From the NCBI GenBank assembly GCA_965287045.1, contig OZ336873.1:40486001-40550000 (forward strand): a stretch of 64,000 nt of DNA. The letters are read 5' to 3'. The DNA is from Carcharhinus amblyrhynchos (taxonomy: Eukaryota). This document shows, in pieces, positions 1-12,255 of this stretch (position 1 is its first letter; the number at the start of each line of letters is the position of its first letter). Position numbers and translations under genes: made by a program. The notes beneath the pieces are model-generated. The model was not told the DNA's origin. It made no database searches and saw only the letters and a program-made list of their open reading frames with translations.

Positions 1-460
1 CCTATTAATTTCCATAGAAACTGGCTCTGTTAAAGCAATAATGATACTAATGGAAACACTTCTGCATTTTATAATGTGAAACCCATCAGAACAAAGCACG
101 TGTAGGCATCATAATAAATGCCCTTATTTTACATTCTTTTTCATCAGTAAGGAAGTGACATCTAATTAAGAGCATGTACGGCCCTGATCAAGTGCCTGGA
201 AAACTATTTAATAGTGGACCCTTAAAATGGTCATCAGCGGGATCATTAACCTCAATCAAAGAGAAATTTTGCATTACTTGGCAGATCGCCTGGGACTACT
301 TTCAGGTATCTCAGTGACCCTGGAAGAACTAAAAACTTCTTTGCTGATGCATTCTGCTGAATAGAAAACAAAATCTCAAAAAAAATTAAGAGTTTTCTGG
401 GAAATCCCATTTGCTTTCCTTCCATGAAGATATTTTCACCAGTATGACCATATAAACTTC

Positions 461-746
461 AGCACAGTCATTAATGCTGCTGCCTCACAGTGTCAGGGAC
501 CAACACTCGATTCCCAGCTTGGGTCACTGTCTGTGTGGAATCTGTACATTCTTCCCATGTCTGCGTGGGTTTTCTCCAGGGGTGCTTCGGTTTCCTCCCA
601 CAGTCCAAAAGACATGCTGGTTAGGTGCATTGGCCATGCTAGATACTCCTTCAGTGTACCGGAACAGGCGACTAGGTGATTTTTACAGTAACCTCATTGC
701 AGTGTTAATGTAAGCCTACTTGTGACTACTTGTTAAATAAACTTAA
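461..746 (+). mobile_element. tRNA-derived V-SINE (HE1-like head and V-domain, alternative 3' tail)
   Basis: GCTGCCTCACAG...GATTCCCAGCTTGGGTCACTGTCTGTGTGGA...GGTTTCCTCCCACAGTCCAAA body; tail CAGTAACCTCATTGCAGTGTTAATGTAAGCCTACTTGTGAC; ATAAACTT at 452-459 and 737-744 may be a TSD. Confidence 0.85.
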
Positions 747-1464
747 ATATACACAACACGGTTATAAATGCAACTTCCCTGCTGGTGTGCCTTTGTTGAC
801 AGAAAATATATTAATCATGTATCCGCTGTACTTAGACTGAATAAGCAAGTACCAGTCTATTATCCACCAAATATCAAAGAGCAGCAACATCATTGTGGTG
901 GCCCAACATACATCCAGGCCTACCAATTCTTTCACATTCAGTGTGGTGTGAAATTGTGGTCATGATCTTCCGTCTTCCCACCTGAGAAATGTGATCGCTT
1001 GTGCATTGTGCTTGTAAAGCCTGGTTAGAGAAAGAGAAAGATATGGAGGCAGTATTACCTCTACATTCATAGCACTGGGGGGTTAGAGTGATTCGCGTTT
1101 GGCTTATTCTGTGTAAAAAGCAATCGCTGTTTTTTTAAGGACCGATTTTAACTCAGGAAGAGGGATGAAGAAGGTATGGTAGGGGTTCACGCTGTGCTCC
1201 CAATAAATTCCTGAGGGGGCCTAAACTAACTGGTAGTGTTGCACATTGAAGATGTAGCTCGATGCACACCTAATGTGCTCATCCCTTTTCAAATTCCTTC
1301 AGTCTAAATTTCTGCATTAGCAACCTTCTGAGCCCCTCGAGCTAATGCCACCAATGACAACTTCTATGACTATGCTGTACATTCTTTTTTTCCCTCAAAA
1401 GTACTAAATGGATTAAATTAGTTCTTTCTTTCCACAGCCCACTGTAAAAGTTTAATATTGCTGA

Positions 1465-1519
1465 TAGAATCATAGAATCCCTACAATGGAGAAGGGGGCC
1501 ATTCAGCCCATCGAGTCTG
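1465..1519 (-). mobile_element. 3' tail fragment of HE1 SINE / HER1(CR1) LINE
   Basis: ATAGAATCATAGAATCCCTACA...GGCCATTCAGCCCATCGAGTCT is the reverse complement of the HE1 tail seen at 33030-33087 and 36905-36958. Confidence 0.8.
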
Positions 1520-2229
1520 GATAGCGGATGTGGCTAAATTGAATTGTTACTGACATTGAAGAAACAATCTCTGTGGTAAGAAGCTCTTTTCCTGACAGCA
1601 ATTTAAATTTGACTCCAAGTCAAGACTCTTGGCATGCGGCAGCACTGATGTCTGCAAGCAAGTAAGAGGCCATCACACTGAAGTAATCTCACACATAGCA
1701 AATCAGGAAGTTAATAGCACTGACTATCCTTCACTTTTATATTGAACTTCCAGAAAACAAAATAAATTATTCTGATTCGATTAAGATGGAAGTTAAAATA
1801 TCACACACAAAGTTTTTTTTAATATAAAGAATTTGTTTATCATAATGGAAAAAATTGACACTCCACAGATGTGAAATTAGCTTTTTAGGGCTAGTAAGGG
1901 GATTTAGCAGTAAATATGAATAGTAAACCCTTAGAAACCCAATTACATCTCATCCAACAAAGTGTAACTTTTTCAGGAGGTTTACAGTGAAAGTAACAGT
2001 ATAAGTATGAAAGTCCTCATCAATTCACAGCACACCTTTCAGAGAAGCAGAGATTTACTGAGAACAACTTCTGGATTTCCATGTTATTTTACATATGTGT
2101 GGATTCCAGACATTGCCATCAGTTTCACCATCATTGCCACTACAAAATCCTATCTAAGCAACTTTAAAAATGGACTATGAATTTGGATTGAGATAATTAG
2201 AATTGGACACAGATTCCCATATTTATCCA

Positions 2230-3382
2230 AACATATGTCCAACCTGGTGAAATCCAGGTCCGATTAAAACAGCTTTGACAAAGAATTGATCAAATATAAC
2301 TTTGCTTGGAAATGTCAAACATGAGGATATTACAAATTTTTAAAAAACCTGTATACCGTCTTCAAAAAGGATCTTTAAGATGGTTACCACAGATCACCTA
2401 ATGTTTAGAAATGCATGTTGGCCAAGCCTCTGGAAGTTTCTAAAAGTGGATTACAATAAACATGTCTATGCAACATTCTTGTGGAATGTCACATCAGCCA
2501 CTGTCCGGATTTACTTCAAAAGAACAAGGACAAGTCTTCAGACTTTCTGACTCCCGATCTGTCAGGCAATAAAGGAGACCTAATGAAACTGATCTTGCAC
2601 AAGGAAATGCTGAGGACCTCTATTGTACACTGATGGGTCTGACCATGGGAGATGGAAACTATTTCGTTAATATAACCATACTATTGATTGCTTTCCATCG
2701 TGTATCAATGGCCAGCCATCACATAACTAAAACCCTTTGATTTTTGAAAGCCTTTTATTATAAAGTCCTGCTTGATTTTTTTGCAGCAGACTGCAGAGTA
2801 CAGGAATAACTTCAAAAGAAACATCACTGCTGAGATCAGGTTATAACATCTAGCGATCTACCAAGCCACAAGGCTTAAAGTTTTAAAGCTTCCTTGAAAG
2901 CCTGTTTCCGAAAGATCCTAGGTTTGCTTGGAAAAGAGAAACTGGTCCCCGAGCTACAAGTATTATCAAGACTGTCTACTCTACTTGCTGTGCATTTCTT
3001 ATTTTGAAGAAACTCCTGTCTTCAGCTATCTGAACTCGTCTGAACTTCAGTTCCCAAGTGGAAAAGCTCCTCTCACTGGAATCCTACAAACCCATGAACT
3101 GTTAACAATTCTATTTGGTTTTAATTTTGTATTACATGAAACTCCTTTCTTTGACTGTATCTTTCTTGTTTGTATTGGGTGCGTGTGAAGTAGCAATAAA
3201 CATTGCTGGAGAAAATGCATGCCGATAAAGAGTACTCCTGATTTAAAAATCCATGAAAATTCTGCTGCTAGTCCACTTATAACAACTGACCATGGGGGTT
3301 TGGGAATGCGCCTCAGCTTTATGTGAACTAAACTACACTGATTATGGACAGTCGGGTGCTGTCTCCCTCCCCTGCCTGTAAC
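2230..3382. mobile_element. possible degraded solo LTR
   Basis: About 1.1 kb non-coding block with AATAAA (near 3196) ending in CTCCCCTGCCTGTAAC, resembling fish/shark LTR ends; no TSD or partner LTR seen. Confidence 0.25.
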
Positions 3383-3899
3383 TGAATGTACTGTGTCTCA
3401 CAGTTCACGTTCCTGACAGACCGGTCCTAGAACAACATGAGTTTGAATGCTGTCCGAAGTCAGAGCTGGCTTTTGTTCAAGGCAGTTGTTAATACGCATA
3501 AAGGAAATGAATTTTGCTGATTAATTTGCATAATGTGATTTAAAGGAAAATGTATTACCTAGGTGTACCCCTGGATGATTGTTGAAATTTACTAATTTCA
3601 CTTACAAAGAATGGATGAATCCTGACACAGTCCAAATCCAACTAATGATTTCATTTAGTGTCCGATGTTTCACATTCAACCTCATCCCTCTAGTACTCTC
3701 TACAGACTGCAAGCACTATGGCTGATTGCCTTGCCATTGTATAAGTAGACCTTGAGTGAACTTATTCTAGATCAACAATAAGAACTCATTAATATGTAAG
3801 AGAAATTTCTGCTCACCCCTTCCTTCAGTTACAACAAAAAGCAATAATTTGTATTCTTGAAATTAAAGTGGTATTTAAGCTATTCTTTATCAATGTCAA

Positions 3900-4020
3900 C
3901 ATAGTCCATTAGACAAGTCTCAGTTTAACATTTTAAATGAAAGATTTCACCTCCGTGAATATGGCACCCCATCAGTGCTGCACTGGAATGTTAGTGTGGA
4001 ATATGATCTGAAACTTCAGG
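3900..4020 (-). mobile_element. DeuSINE (SacSINE1-like) fragment
   Basis: Reverse complement resembles ...CCAGTGCAGCACTGA...GGAGGTG...CTTTC...GTTAAACTGAG, also seen at 4340-4410 and 5050-5110. Confidence 0.6.
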
Positions 4021-4240
4021 ATTTACCGGATAACAGTAACCATAGGGAGGAATTACTTCCCTTTCCTCTGTCAATTCAAACAATGGGGCTCATGAAATTG
4101 GATGTAACATTGACAAAGGGAAAATGTGAACAATGCAATTAGAATATGTTTTTCATAACTCCAGAAAAGATGAAGAGAACAGACTCTGAAATAATCATTT
4201 ATGCCCCTGACATCCTTTCCTAACCCACTAACAATCTGTA

Positions 4241-4600
4241 TGTCAGCTAGGCTCAGCTGGTAGCACGCTTACCTCTGGGTCACAAGGTTGCAAACTTGAG
4301 CCCCATTAAAAGGGTTTAAGGTCATAACCCACACTGAGACTCCAGTGCAGCACTGAGGGGTGTTGCATTCTTGTAGTTGATACCTTTCAGATAAACTGAT
4401 AAACTAAGGCCTGAATTAGGGATTATGCAGACATTGATGAAGAACAGAGTAGTTCTCACATCCAGGCTAGCATTTCCCCCCAGACAATACAACAGGTAAA
4501 CAAGTATTTTTATATGTATGTTATATATATATTATTGCTGCTCTTGGACATTGCTCATGCAGGGAAGCAGCCAGACATGTTACTGCACTGAAAAAGTATG
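4241..4600 (+). mobile_element. DeuSINE (SacSINE1-like), degraded
   Basis: tRNA-like head GGCTCAGCTGGTAGCACGCTTACCTCTGGGTCACAAGGTTG, then ACTCCAGTGCAGCACTGAGGG and Deu-domain-like sequence. Confidence 0.7.
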
Positions 4601-5163
4601 CTTAAATAAGCTATACTTATCACAATCACCTATATCCTGCAAACAGCTCTAACAGTTTCCCATAGGAGTCAATACAAAGGTGCTGCTTCAAACATTTTAA
4701 ACACAACGACCATTTGAGGTATTCAATATTCTTGCCTTCATGCACTTAATGGTTTAATAGGTTCTGCTAATTTCAGGCAAAGTTGGGTTCTCAAGCATTT
4801 CAATCAGCTCTTTGCAGTGTTAAAATATGCTTACTCAGCGAATGTAATTCTGGATGCAACTGCTAACAATTCCAAAAGGCTATTGTTAAATGGAAACTTC
4901 CTTTCTTTTAAATAAAAAAAATGAATGTATGTTGGTTTCTTTAGTGTCATTAGTGGCATAGGTTTAGCACTCTCGCCACTGAGTCCAAAGGTTATGGGCT
5001 GCAGTTTCGTTTTAGAGATCTGAGTCCATATTTTAGTACTGTGCTCACATGTAGTACTGACAGAGTGCTGCACTGTTGGAGATTTTGTCAATTGGGAATG
5101 CCATTAAACCAAAACCCTTCATCAGTCCTCTCGGGCGGACGTACAAGGCTCCATTGCACTATT

Positions 5164-5524
5164 AAGGGGAGGCAGTGGCCCAGTGGTTTTGTCTTTAGTC
5201 CAGAGACCCAGGGTAATGTTCTGGGGATCTGAGCGGGCTTGAATCCCACCAAAACAAATGGTGAAATTTGAGTTGAATAAAAATCTGGAATTAAAAGTCT
5301 AATAATGACCATGAAACCATTGTTGGTTGCTGTAAAAATCCACTTGGTTCACTGATGTCCTTTAGGGAGGGGAATCTGCTGTCCTTATTGGTCTGGCCTA
5401 CATGTGATTCCAGGTCCACAGCAATGTGGTTGGCTCTTGACTGCCCCTTCAAGGGCAATTAGGGGTGGGCAATAAATGTTAGCCCAGCCAGTAATGCCCA
5501 TATCCCATGACAGAATTTTAAAAA
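5164..5524 (+). mobile_element. tRNA-derived SINE (second family; 3' tail shared with the LINE at 22885-24350)
   Basis: GGGGAGGCAGTGGCCCAGTGG head, B-box-like TTGAATCCCACC, tail GGGCAATTAGGGGTGGGCAATAAATG...CCCATATCCCATGA; homologous to 18134-18469 and 56618-57033. Confidence 0.8.
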
Positions 5525-5653
5525 GGAGCAGTGCAGTGATCTCTGGTTTCCCTGGCCAAGGTATTTCCCTTTACTAAAACATTTAGCCATTTCTCTCATT
5601 GCTGTTAGTGGAAGTGTGCTGTGCCACATTTACTACAGCATTGACCATGGGCA

Positions 5654-7272
5654 GGGCAGAATTCCACAGGCCCTTGAGTGGTGGGCTGGAGCTGGGGCGG
5701 GAACGGTAACATAGTAGGGAAATGCATTGGCATAAATGGGTATTTTTCCATTTGGCAGGCAGTGACTAGTGATGTACTGCGAGGATCTGTGCTAGGCCCC
5801 AACTATTCTCTTTACATATTAATAATTTGGAAGAGGGAACTAAATGTATTATCTTCAAATCTGCAGATGATACAAAGTTAGGTGGGAGGTTGAGCTGTGA
5901 AGAGGATGCAGAGATACTTCAGCATAATTTGGACACAGTGAGTGAGAGGGCATATGCATGGCAAATGCAGTGTAATGTGGATAAATATGAGGTTAACCGC
6001 TTTGATAGCAAAAATAGGAAGGCAGATTATTATTTGAATGGGTCTTAATTTTGAAAGGTGGATACTCAAGAGAGATCTTGGCATCCTCATGCATCAGTTG
6101 CTGAAAGTAAGCACACAGGTACAGCAGATCATAAAGAAGACAAATGGCCTTTACAGAGAGAGGATTTAAGTGTAGGAATAGGGACTTTTTTTTGCTGCAA
6201 TTGTATAGAGCATCGTTGAGGTCATGCCGGGAGCACTGTGCGCAGTTTTGGTATCCTTATCCGAGGAAGGATTCCTTGCTTTAAAGGGAATACAGCAAAG
6301 GTTTACCAGGCTGATTCCTCAGATGGCAGGACTATCACATGAGGAGAAATTAATTTGGTTAGGATTGTATTCATTGGAGTTTAGAAAGTGAGAGGAATCT
6401 CATCGAAATGTATAAAATTCTAACTGGGTTAGACAGGGCAGATTCAGAAAGAACGTTCCTGATGGTGAGGGAGTCCAGAGCTAAGGATCATAGTTTGAGC
6501 ATAAGGGGTAAAAATTTTAGAACTGGAATAAGAAGAAATTTATTCCCCCAGAGAGTGGTGAATGTGTGGAATTCACAACCACAGAAAGTAGTTGAGGCCA
6601 AAATGCTATGTGATTCCAAGAAGAAATTAGACACGGCTCTTGTAGCTAAAGGATCAAGGGATATGGGGGAAGGTGGGACCAGGATATGATTCGATGATTA
6701 ACCATGATCAAAATGAATGGCGGAGCAGGCTCAAAGGGCTGAATGGCCTACTCCTGACTCTAGTTTCTATGTTTTTATGTTTCTATTGGAATGGTTCTGG
6801 GCACTTTCTCAGCAACAGGCTGTGATATAGATCACATACATGCTGCAAGGATTTGTACATTTAAAAGTCCTTTCAAGAGCCACTTTACAGAGCAGCTGGC
6901 ATTTTTGCAACAGCAGAGCAGCCCACCTGTCACATGGGGGAGGCTACCAGGGCACAGAGGGACCACAGGGAGAGGAAGTACGTCACGATGGCCCCAGTGA
7001 TCTTCCTGCTAGGGCTCCCATCCAACTGACCACCCCTGATTTTTTCACTTTTTCGGCAACATAGCTGTCTGAGTTTCTGAGGCCTCCTCTTCTGGTGATG
7101 CTGCTAAGCTTGCAGAGCTATCAGTCCTCTGACTGGGCTGCCGCCTAGAGAGCCCACCCTTAATTTCTATCCTTAATGGGTAGAATCACTGAGCAGGCCC
7201 CACTGCGGTAATTGCAGGCTCGAGACCTGCTTTTCATCCCGATGTTCAGATATACATCTGATGAATAAAATG
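5654..7272. mobile_element. GGGC-TIR MITE-like element interrupted by CR1 (pieces 5654-5712 and 6790-7272)
   Basis: Starts GGGCAGAATTCC like other MITEs in the window; GC-richer interior; right TIR poorly preserved. Confidence 0.45.
5714..6786 (+). mobile_element. 5'-truncated CR1-clade LINE (ORF2 RT C-terminus, disabled)
   Basis: Translated fragments W-AVTSDVLRGSVLGP, ADDTKLGG, WQMQCNVDK, YKILTGLDR, FPQRVVNVWNS; tail GGCTGAATGGCCTACTCCTG...TTTCTATG repeats; stops and frameshifts. Confidence 0.92.
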
Positions 7273-7320
7273 TATTTCAAAATGTACTTCACTGGGTATA
7301 AAGTGTTCTGGTCCCCTGAG

Positions 7321-7480
7321 ATAGAATCATAAAATCTACAGTGCAAAAGGAGGCCTTTTGGCCCATCGGGTCTGCACTGACCACAATCTCACCCAGGCTC
7401 TATCCCCATAACTCCATGCATTTACACTAGCTCACGAAGGGGCAATTTAGCATGGCCAATACACCTAACCCACACATTTT
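7321..7480 (-). mobile_element. HE1 SINE 3' half
   Basis: ATAGAATCATAAAATCTACAGTGC...GGGGCAATTTAGCATGGCCAAT is the reverse complement of the HE1 3' part. Confidence 0.85.
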
Positions 7481-7560
7481 TGGTCATCGAAGATACTGTA
7501 TACATGCAAGATCATTTTTCTTTCTTGCCTTTGCTTTTTAGTTTTACCATCCGTCATGTA

Positions 7561-8637
7561 CAGTAAGTTCTCACTTAATGCTGTAGTGGCATTGCTGAAA
7601 AGTGTGACTTTAAGTGAAACAAGTTTAATATTTCATAGTTTCCCATTAAAACTATTATAAAAGCTGTACTTAGGTTCTGTAAGATATTTATCATCAGAAA
7701 AATCGATAAACATTATACCTTGTAAGTTGAAATACTTTACATTGTTAAATACCTACATTTGTAAATAAAACAACTTTTAAAATGAAATAAATGGGTCAAA
7801 ATCCTGGAACCACATCCACAATAGCATTGTGGGTATACTTACACCACAAAGTCTGCAGCACTTCAAGAAGGCAGCTTGCCACCACCTTCTGAAGGATAGT
7901 TAGGGATGGGCAATGAATATTGGCTAACTAGTGCTGCCTACATCCCAAGAATTAACTTAAAAAAAATTAAAATAAATATGCTAACTTTCCACTTATTCCT
8001 GCTTACTGCCAATCCTGATCACCAACTCTCCCACACACCAACCCTCCCATTCAGCGACCCTCCCACTCACTGACCCTACAGTTCATGGCTTCTCCCATGG
8101 CCTGAAATTCCCAGTTGTTGTGGGCCCTTCCTCTTGCCACCTCTTCCAATTTGTGCCCCCTAACGCTCTCTGATCCTCCCGTTCATTGCTGACCCTCCCA
8201 GCTGTGGTCTCTGTTACTTCTCAATCCTCCACCTTGTTGCTGATCCTCTGACCCAAAGCTGTCCTGACCCCTGACCTTCTCGATCAATGCAGACTCTTTC
8301 TCTTGCCGAATCTTCAATTCCTTGCCTCTCCCACCTGCCATTTCCCTCTCCTGAACTCTCTGGTGATGAGAAAAGAAAGGTAGGAGCAACAGCTTTGACT
8401 TGCTGGAAGTCATCAGTGACCAGGAGGTCCAGGGGTGGCAGAGACTGTGAACAGGAAGGTTGGCATAGAGCGAAACGGTCAGGGAGCAATAGAGGCCACT
8501 CCTAAATGGTGCCAATTGGGTCATGTTGCCCCATATCAGAGTCAAAATGAAACGAGTTTAGAACAAAACACCCATTAATAGAATTACATTAAAGTGGAAC
8601 ATTGTAAGAAGGGGCAACTTAAAACATAGTCTTACTG
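7561..8637. mobile_element. non-autonomous Tc1/mariner (Tigger/pogo-like) DNA element
   Basis: TA|CAGTAAG ... CTTACTG|TA: terminal inverted repeats flanked by TA (7559-7560, 8638-8639); no transposase; contains a LINE-tail insert at 7793-7970. Confidence 0.65.
7793..7970 (+). mobile_element. 3' end of LINE (same family as 22885-24350)
   Basis: GGGTCAAAATCCTGGAAC...CTTCAAGAAGGCAGC...ACCACCTTCTGAAGG...TAGGGATGGGCAATGAAT...A-rich end; aligns with 24178-24350. Confidence 0.75.
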
Positions 8638-8904
8638 TATAGCGGATAAAGCACTATAGGCAGTGGTAACTGTAATTTGTTGACTGTGGTATTTTGAAAC
8701 TATTAACATAAAAAGGAGAAGTATAAAAGCAAGTATTATAATTGAACCATTATAACAATGCTTACACTAAATTTGATAAAGAACATGACATATAAACCAA
8801 TCAAAAGAAAGCAACAGAGATATAGCAGTTCACACTTTAAGATTTTCAACCAATTCCTTTCCTAAGACACTGAACACCAGCACAAATTTTGGACATCCAC
8901 AAAT

Positions 8905-9022
8905 CTGTTAACGTTACGGCCTCACTCGGCTTGAGACTGGAAAATCCCAACTGAGGTCAACGGACATTTCCATTGTCCACCCCTCGCCTGCTCCAATTCT
9001 GTGGCATGCGGGGTGGTAGAAT
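8905..9022. mobile_element. short (about 125 bp) Harbinger-type MITE
   Basis: GGAAAATCCCAACTGAGGTCAACGGACATTTCCATTGTCCACCCCTCG matches 50510-50630, 18663-18790 and 30442-30558. Confidence 0.7.
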
Positions 9023-9159
9023 ATATCAGAATTGTTACATAATGTCAATCAAGAAAGTAGCACAATGTTATTAATCTATATACTATATCCTTCCCCTTGC
9101 TCAACCTTCAACTTGCTGCTTCCATCTCTTGAACTCTTGCTGTGAGCAAGCGCTTTGGA

Positions 9160-9345
9160 AATGAATGGCAAGAAGAAGAAACAGCAGTTTTGACTTACTG
9201 GGGCAAACAGAAGAGTCAGCAGTGAGTGGGAGGGTCGGGGGAGGCAGAGGCTGTGAACAGGCTGGTTAGCAAGAGAGAAAGGGTCAGGGAGCCACTCTTT
9301 AATGATGCCAATTGACTCATGTGCCTTATTTCAGACCCAACACAA
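9160..9345 (+). repeat. second partial copy of the interior of the Tigger-like element
   Basis: GGCAGAGGCTGTGAACAGGCTGGTTAGCA...GGTCAGGGAGCCACTC...ATGATGCCAATTG aligns with 8370-8545. Confidence 0.6.
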
Positions 9346-9370
9346 AAGCTGACACTAGGAAAGATGTTTA

Positions 9371-9437
9371 GCATGCAAGAAACAATGCTTTTCACTATAT
9401 ACTAATACATGTGATGATAGTAAATCAAATCAAATCA
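9371..9437 (+). mobile_element. Rex1/Babar-like LINE 3' tail fragment
   Basis: CAAGAAACAATGCTTTTCACT...TAAATCAAATCAAATC matches 54020-54084. Confidence 0.65.
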
Positions 9438-9830
9438 CCCACAAAGCTACCCACAAAGCAGATTGAAAGTTAAGCTCAGCTGGGTGACTTATCAGCTGAC
9501 ATACCACCTGGATTCTACCATCTTCAGTTCCAATCTGGCTCTCCTGAGCAGGCAGCAAAAGTACCCTCCTCACCAGGGTTGGCCTGTCGTTAAATATGCT
9601 GATTAAGGTTCAATAACATCATCAGGCCCCAAATGCAAATTTAACTTGGACCTGACTGGGGAAATAATTGTGGCTTTCCTGTCAGGTGGGGAAAACACAT
9701 GGCGTCTATCTAGGTTTGTTTTTTGTTTAGTTTTCTTCTGGGGCCAGGAGATGCAGGAATGTCCCTAGTTGCCCATCTTTACTCCCAACTTTCCAAGATG
9801 TACCTTTTTTGGTGTTAACTACTGGCTGCA

Positions 9831-9928
9831 TACCACCCAAACTTCATTCCCATAACAACCACCTACTACCCAACTCCATTCCCATAACAACCATCTACCA
9901 CCCAAACTCCATTCCCATAGCAACCACA
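9831..9928. repeat. minisatellite, 3 copies of about 33 bp
   Basis: TACCACCCAAACTCCATTCCCATAACAACCACC-like unit repeated three times. Confidence 0.85.
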
Positions 9929-10104
9929 TATTTTGTGATGTCAGTTGAACTCCTCAATTAGATTCAAACCAGGAATGCCTTATTCCCGGAGTACTTCCAC
10001 TCTGACAATGATGTGCTCCCTCGGTTTAAAGCTATTGATAACTGAAGCGGGGCTCTGTAAACCTCTTTCTTCATTGTTCCATCAAACTCTGTCAGGGCAA
10101 GTGC

Positions 10105-11994
10105 AGGCAAACACACCTGGCCGTCCCATTGTATTGGGCAATGGGATTCTGTGTGAGAACCTCTCCGGCTACGTTGAGGGCATCCTGAAACCCATTGTAC
10201 AAAGAACCTCCAGCTTTTGTTGCGACACTACAGACTTCCTACGGAAACTCAGCACACATGGAGCAGTTGAACCAGGGAGACTCCTCGTCACAATGGATGT
10301 CTCAGCGCTCTACACCAATATCCCCCACAACGATGGAATTGCTGCGACTGCCTCAGTACTCAATGCTGACAACTGCCAGTTTCCAGATGCAATTTTACAA
10401 CTCATCCGCTTTATCCTGGACCACAATGTCTTCACCTTCAACAACCAGCTTTTCATCCAGACACACAGGACAGCCATGGGGACCAAATTCGCACCTCAAT
10501 AGGCCAACATCTTCATGCACAGGTTCGAACAAGACTTCTTCACTGCACAGAATCTTCAACCGATGCTATACACTAGATACATCGATGACATTTTCTTCCT
10601 TTGGCTTCGTGGTGAACAATCACTGAAACAACTATATCAACAAGTTCCACCCCACCATCAGACTCACCATGGACTATTCCCCAGAATCGGTTGCATTCTT
10701 GGACACAAGCATTCCCATCAAGGACGGTCACCTCAGCACCTCACTGTACCGCAAGCCCACAGATAACCTCACAATGCTCCACTTCTCCAGCTTCCACCCT
10801 AAACATGTTAAAGAAGCCATCCCCTACGGACAAGCCCTCTGTATACACAGGATTTGCCCAGAAGAGGAGGATCGTGACAGACACCTCCAGACACTGAAAG
10901 ATGCCCTCATAAGAACAGGATATGGCGCTTGATTCATTGATCGACAGTTCCGATGCGCCACAGCAAAAAACCGCACCGACCTCCTCAGAAGACAAACACA
11001 GGACACGGTGGACAGAGTACCCTTCGTCATCCGGTACTTCCCCAGAGCGGAGAAGCTACGACATCTTCTCCGGACTCTTCAACATGTCATTGATGAAGAC
11101 GAACATCTTGCCAGGGCCATCCCCACACCCCCACTTCTTGCCTTCAGACAACCACACAACCTCAATCAGACCATTGTTCGCAGCAAACTACCCAGCCTTC
11201 AGGGGAACAGTGACCACAATACCACACAACCCTGCCACAGCAACCTCTGCAAGACATGCCGGATCATCGAGATGGATGACATCATCACACGTGAGAATAC
11301 CATCCACCAGGTACACGGTAAATACTCTTGCAACTCGGCCAACGTTGTCTACCTGATACGTTGCAAGAAAGGATGTCCCGAAGCATGGTACATTGGGGAG
11401 ACCATGTAGACGCTACGACAATGGATGAATGAACATCGCTCGACAATCACCAGCAAGACTGTTCCCTTCCTGTTGATGAACACTTCAGCGGTCACGGGCA
11501 TTCAGCCTCTGACCTTCGGGTAAGCATTCTCCAAGGCGGCCTTCACAACACACAACAGCGCAGAGTCGCTGAGCAGAGACTGATAGCCAAGTTCCGCACA
11601 CATGAGGACGGTCTCAACAGGGATCTTGGGTTCATGTCGCACTATCTGTAACCCCCGTGACTTGCCTGGGTTTGCAAAACCTCACTTACTGTACTGTCTG
11701 GAGACAATACACATCTCTTTAACCTGTGATCAGTGCTCCTTCCACTCACATTGTCGGCCACTTTAGGACTTGAACAGCAGGTTAGGTGTAAAGATTCGCA
11801 TTCTAATCAGTAATCTGTAAACTGTCTGTGCTTTATATGCTCTGTCTGAGGCCAGAACTCTCCATTCACCTGAAGAAGAGCTTAACCTCGAAAGCTTGTG
11901 AGTTTACTATCAAATAAATCGGTTGGACTTAAACCTGGTGTTGTCAGACTTTTTACTGTGTTTACCCCAGTCCAATGCCGGCATATCCACATCA
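10105..11994 (+). mobile_element. 5'-truncated Penelope-like element (Neptune-type), RT + GIY-YIG endonuclease, disabled
   Basis: PGRPIV, MDVSALYTNIP, GTKFAPQ*ANIFM, RYIDD, FLD, LYRKPTD, C-x4-C-x2-C linker (PCHSNLCKTC, typical of Neptune), NVVYLIRC...WYIGET; stops at 10500-10502, 10930-10932 and 11407-11409, frameshifts near 10636 and 11454; 3' pseudo-LTR with AATAAA. Confidence 0.93.
11866..11901 (+). ncRNA. minimal hammerhead ribozyme motif in PLE 3' pseudo-LTR
   Basis: TCAC-CTGAAGA-A-GAG-CTTAAC-CTC-GAAA-GCTT-GTGA: CUGANGA and GAAA cores, helix I TCAC/GTGA, helix II GAG/CTC, palindromic AAGCTT in place of helix III. Confidence 0.8.
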
Positions 11995-12255
11995 GGATAA
12001 GTACAGCACAGGCTAGATACAGAGTAAAGCTTCCTCTACACTATCCCATCAACAGTCCCAGGGTAGGTACAGCACGGGGTTAGATACAGAAATAAAGTTC
12101 TCTCTATACCAAGGCAGCCAACATTCTCAGGGCAGGGACAGAACATATTAGATACAGAGTAAAGTTCTGCCAACACAGTCTGATCAAACAGCCCCTGAGC
12201 AGGTACAGCATGGGGTTAGATGCATAGTGAAGCTCTCTGTACACCAACAACATTC
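11995..12255. repeat. minisatellite of about 63-66 bp, about 4 units (one more partial unit at 10057-10106)
   Basis: Repeating CAGGTACAGCA(C/T)GGGGTTAGATACAGAGTAAAGCT...CCCATCAAACA. Confidence 0.85.

Larger units (their letters stand above)
4950..7525 (+). mobile_element. DeuSINE (SacSINE1-like) split into four pieces (4950-5163, 5525-5647, about 7275-7320, 7481-7525) by nested insertions
   Basis: Collinear pieces: GCACTCTCGCCACTGAGTC...CCATTGCACTATT | GGAGCAG...CCTGGCCAAG...CTCATTGCTGTTAGTGG | TTCAAAATGTACTTCACTGG...CCTGAG | GGTCATCGAAGATACTGTATACATGCAAG. Confidence 0.7.

Noticed and set aside
1085-1136. Weak hairpin followed by a T run (possible Pol III RNA)
   Set aside because: Short imperfect stem, no recognisable promoter boxes or family match
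9945-10104. N-terminal part of the 185-aa ORF
   Set aside because: Flanking DNA and a satellite unit fused in frame by chance to the truncated PLE RT
11995-12255. Regularly spaced repeats resembling a CRISPR array
   Set aside because: The whole unit repeats with no unique spacers; vertebrate DNA; no cas genes
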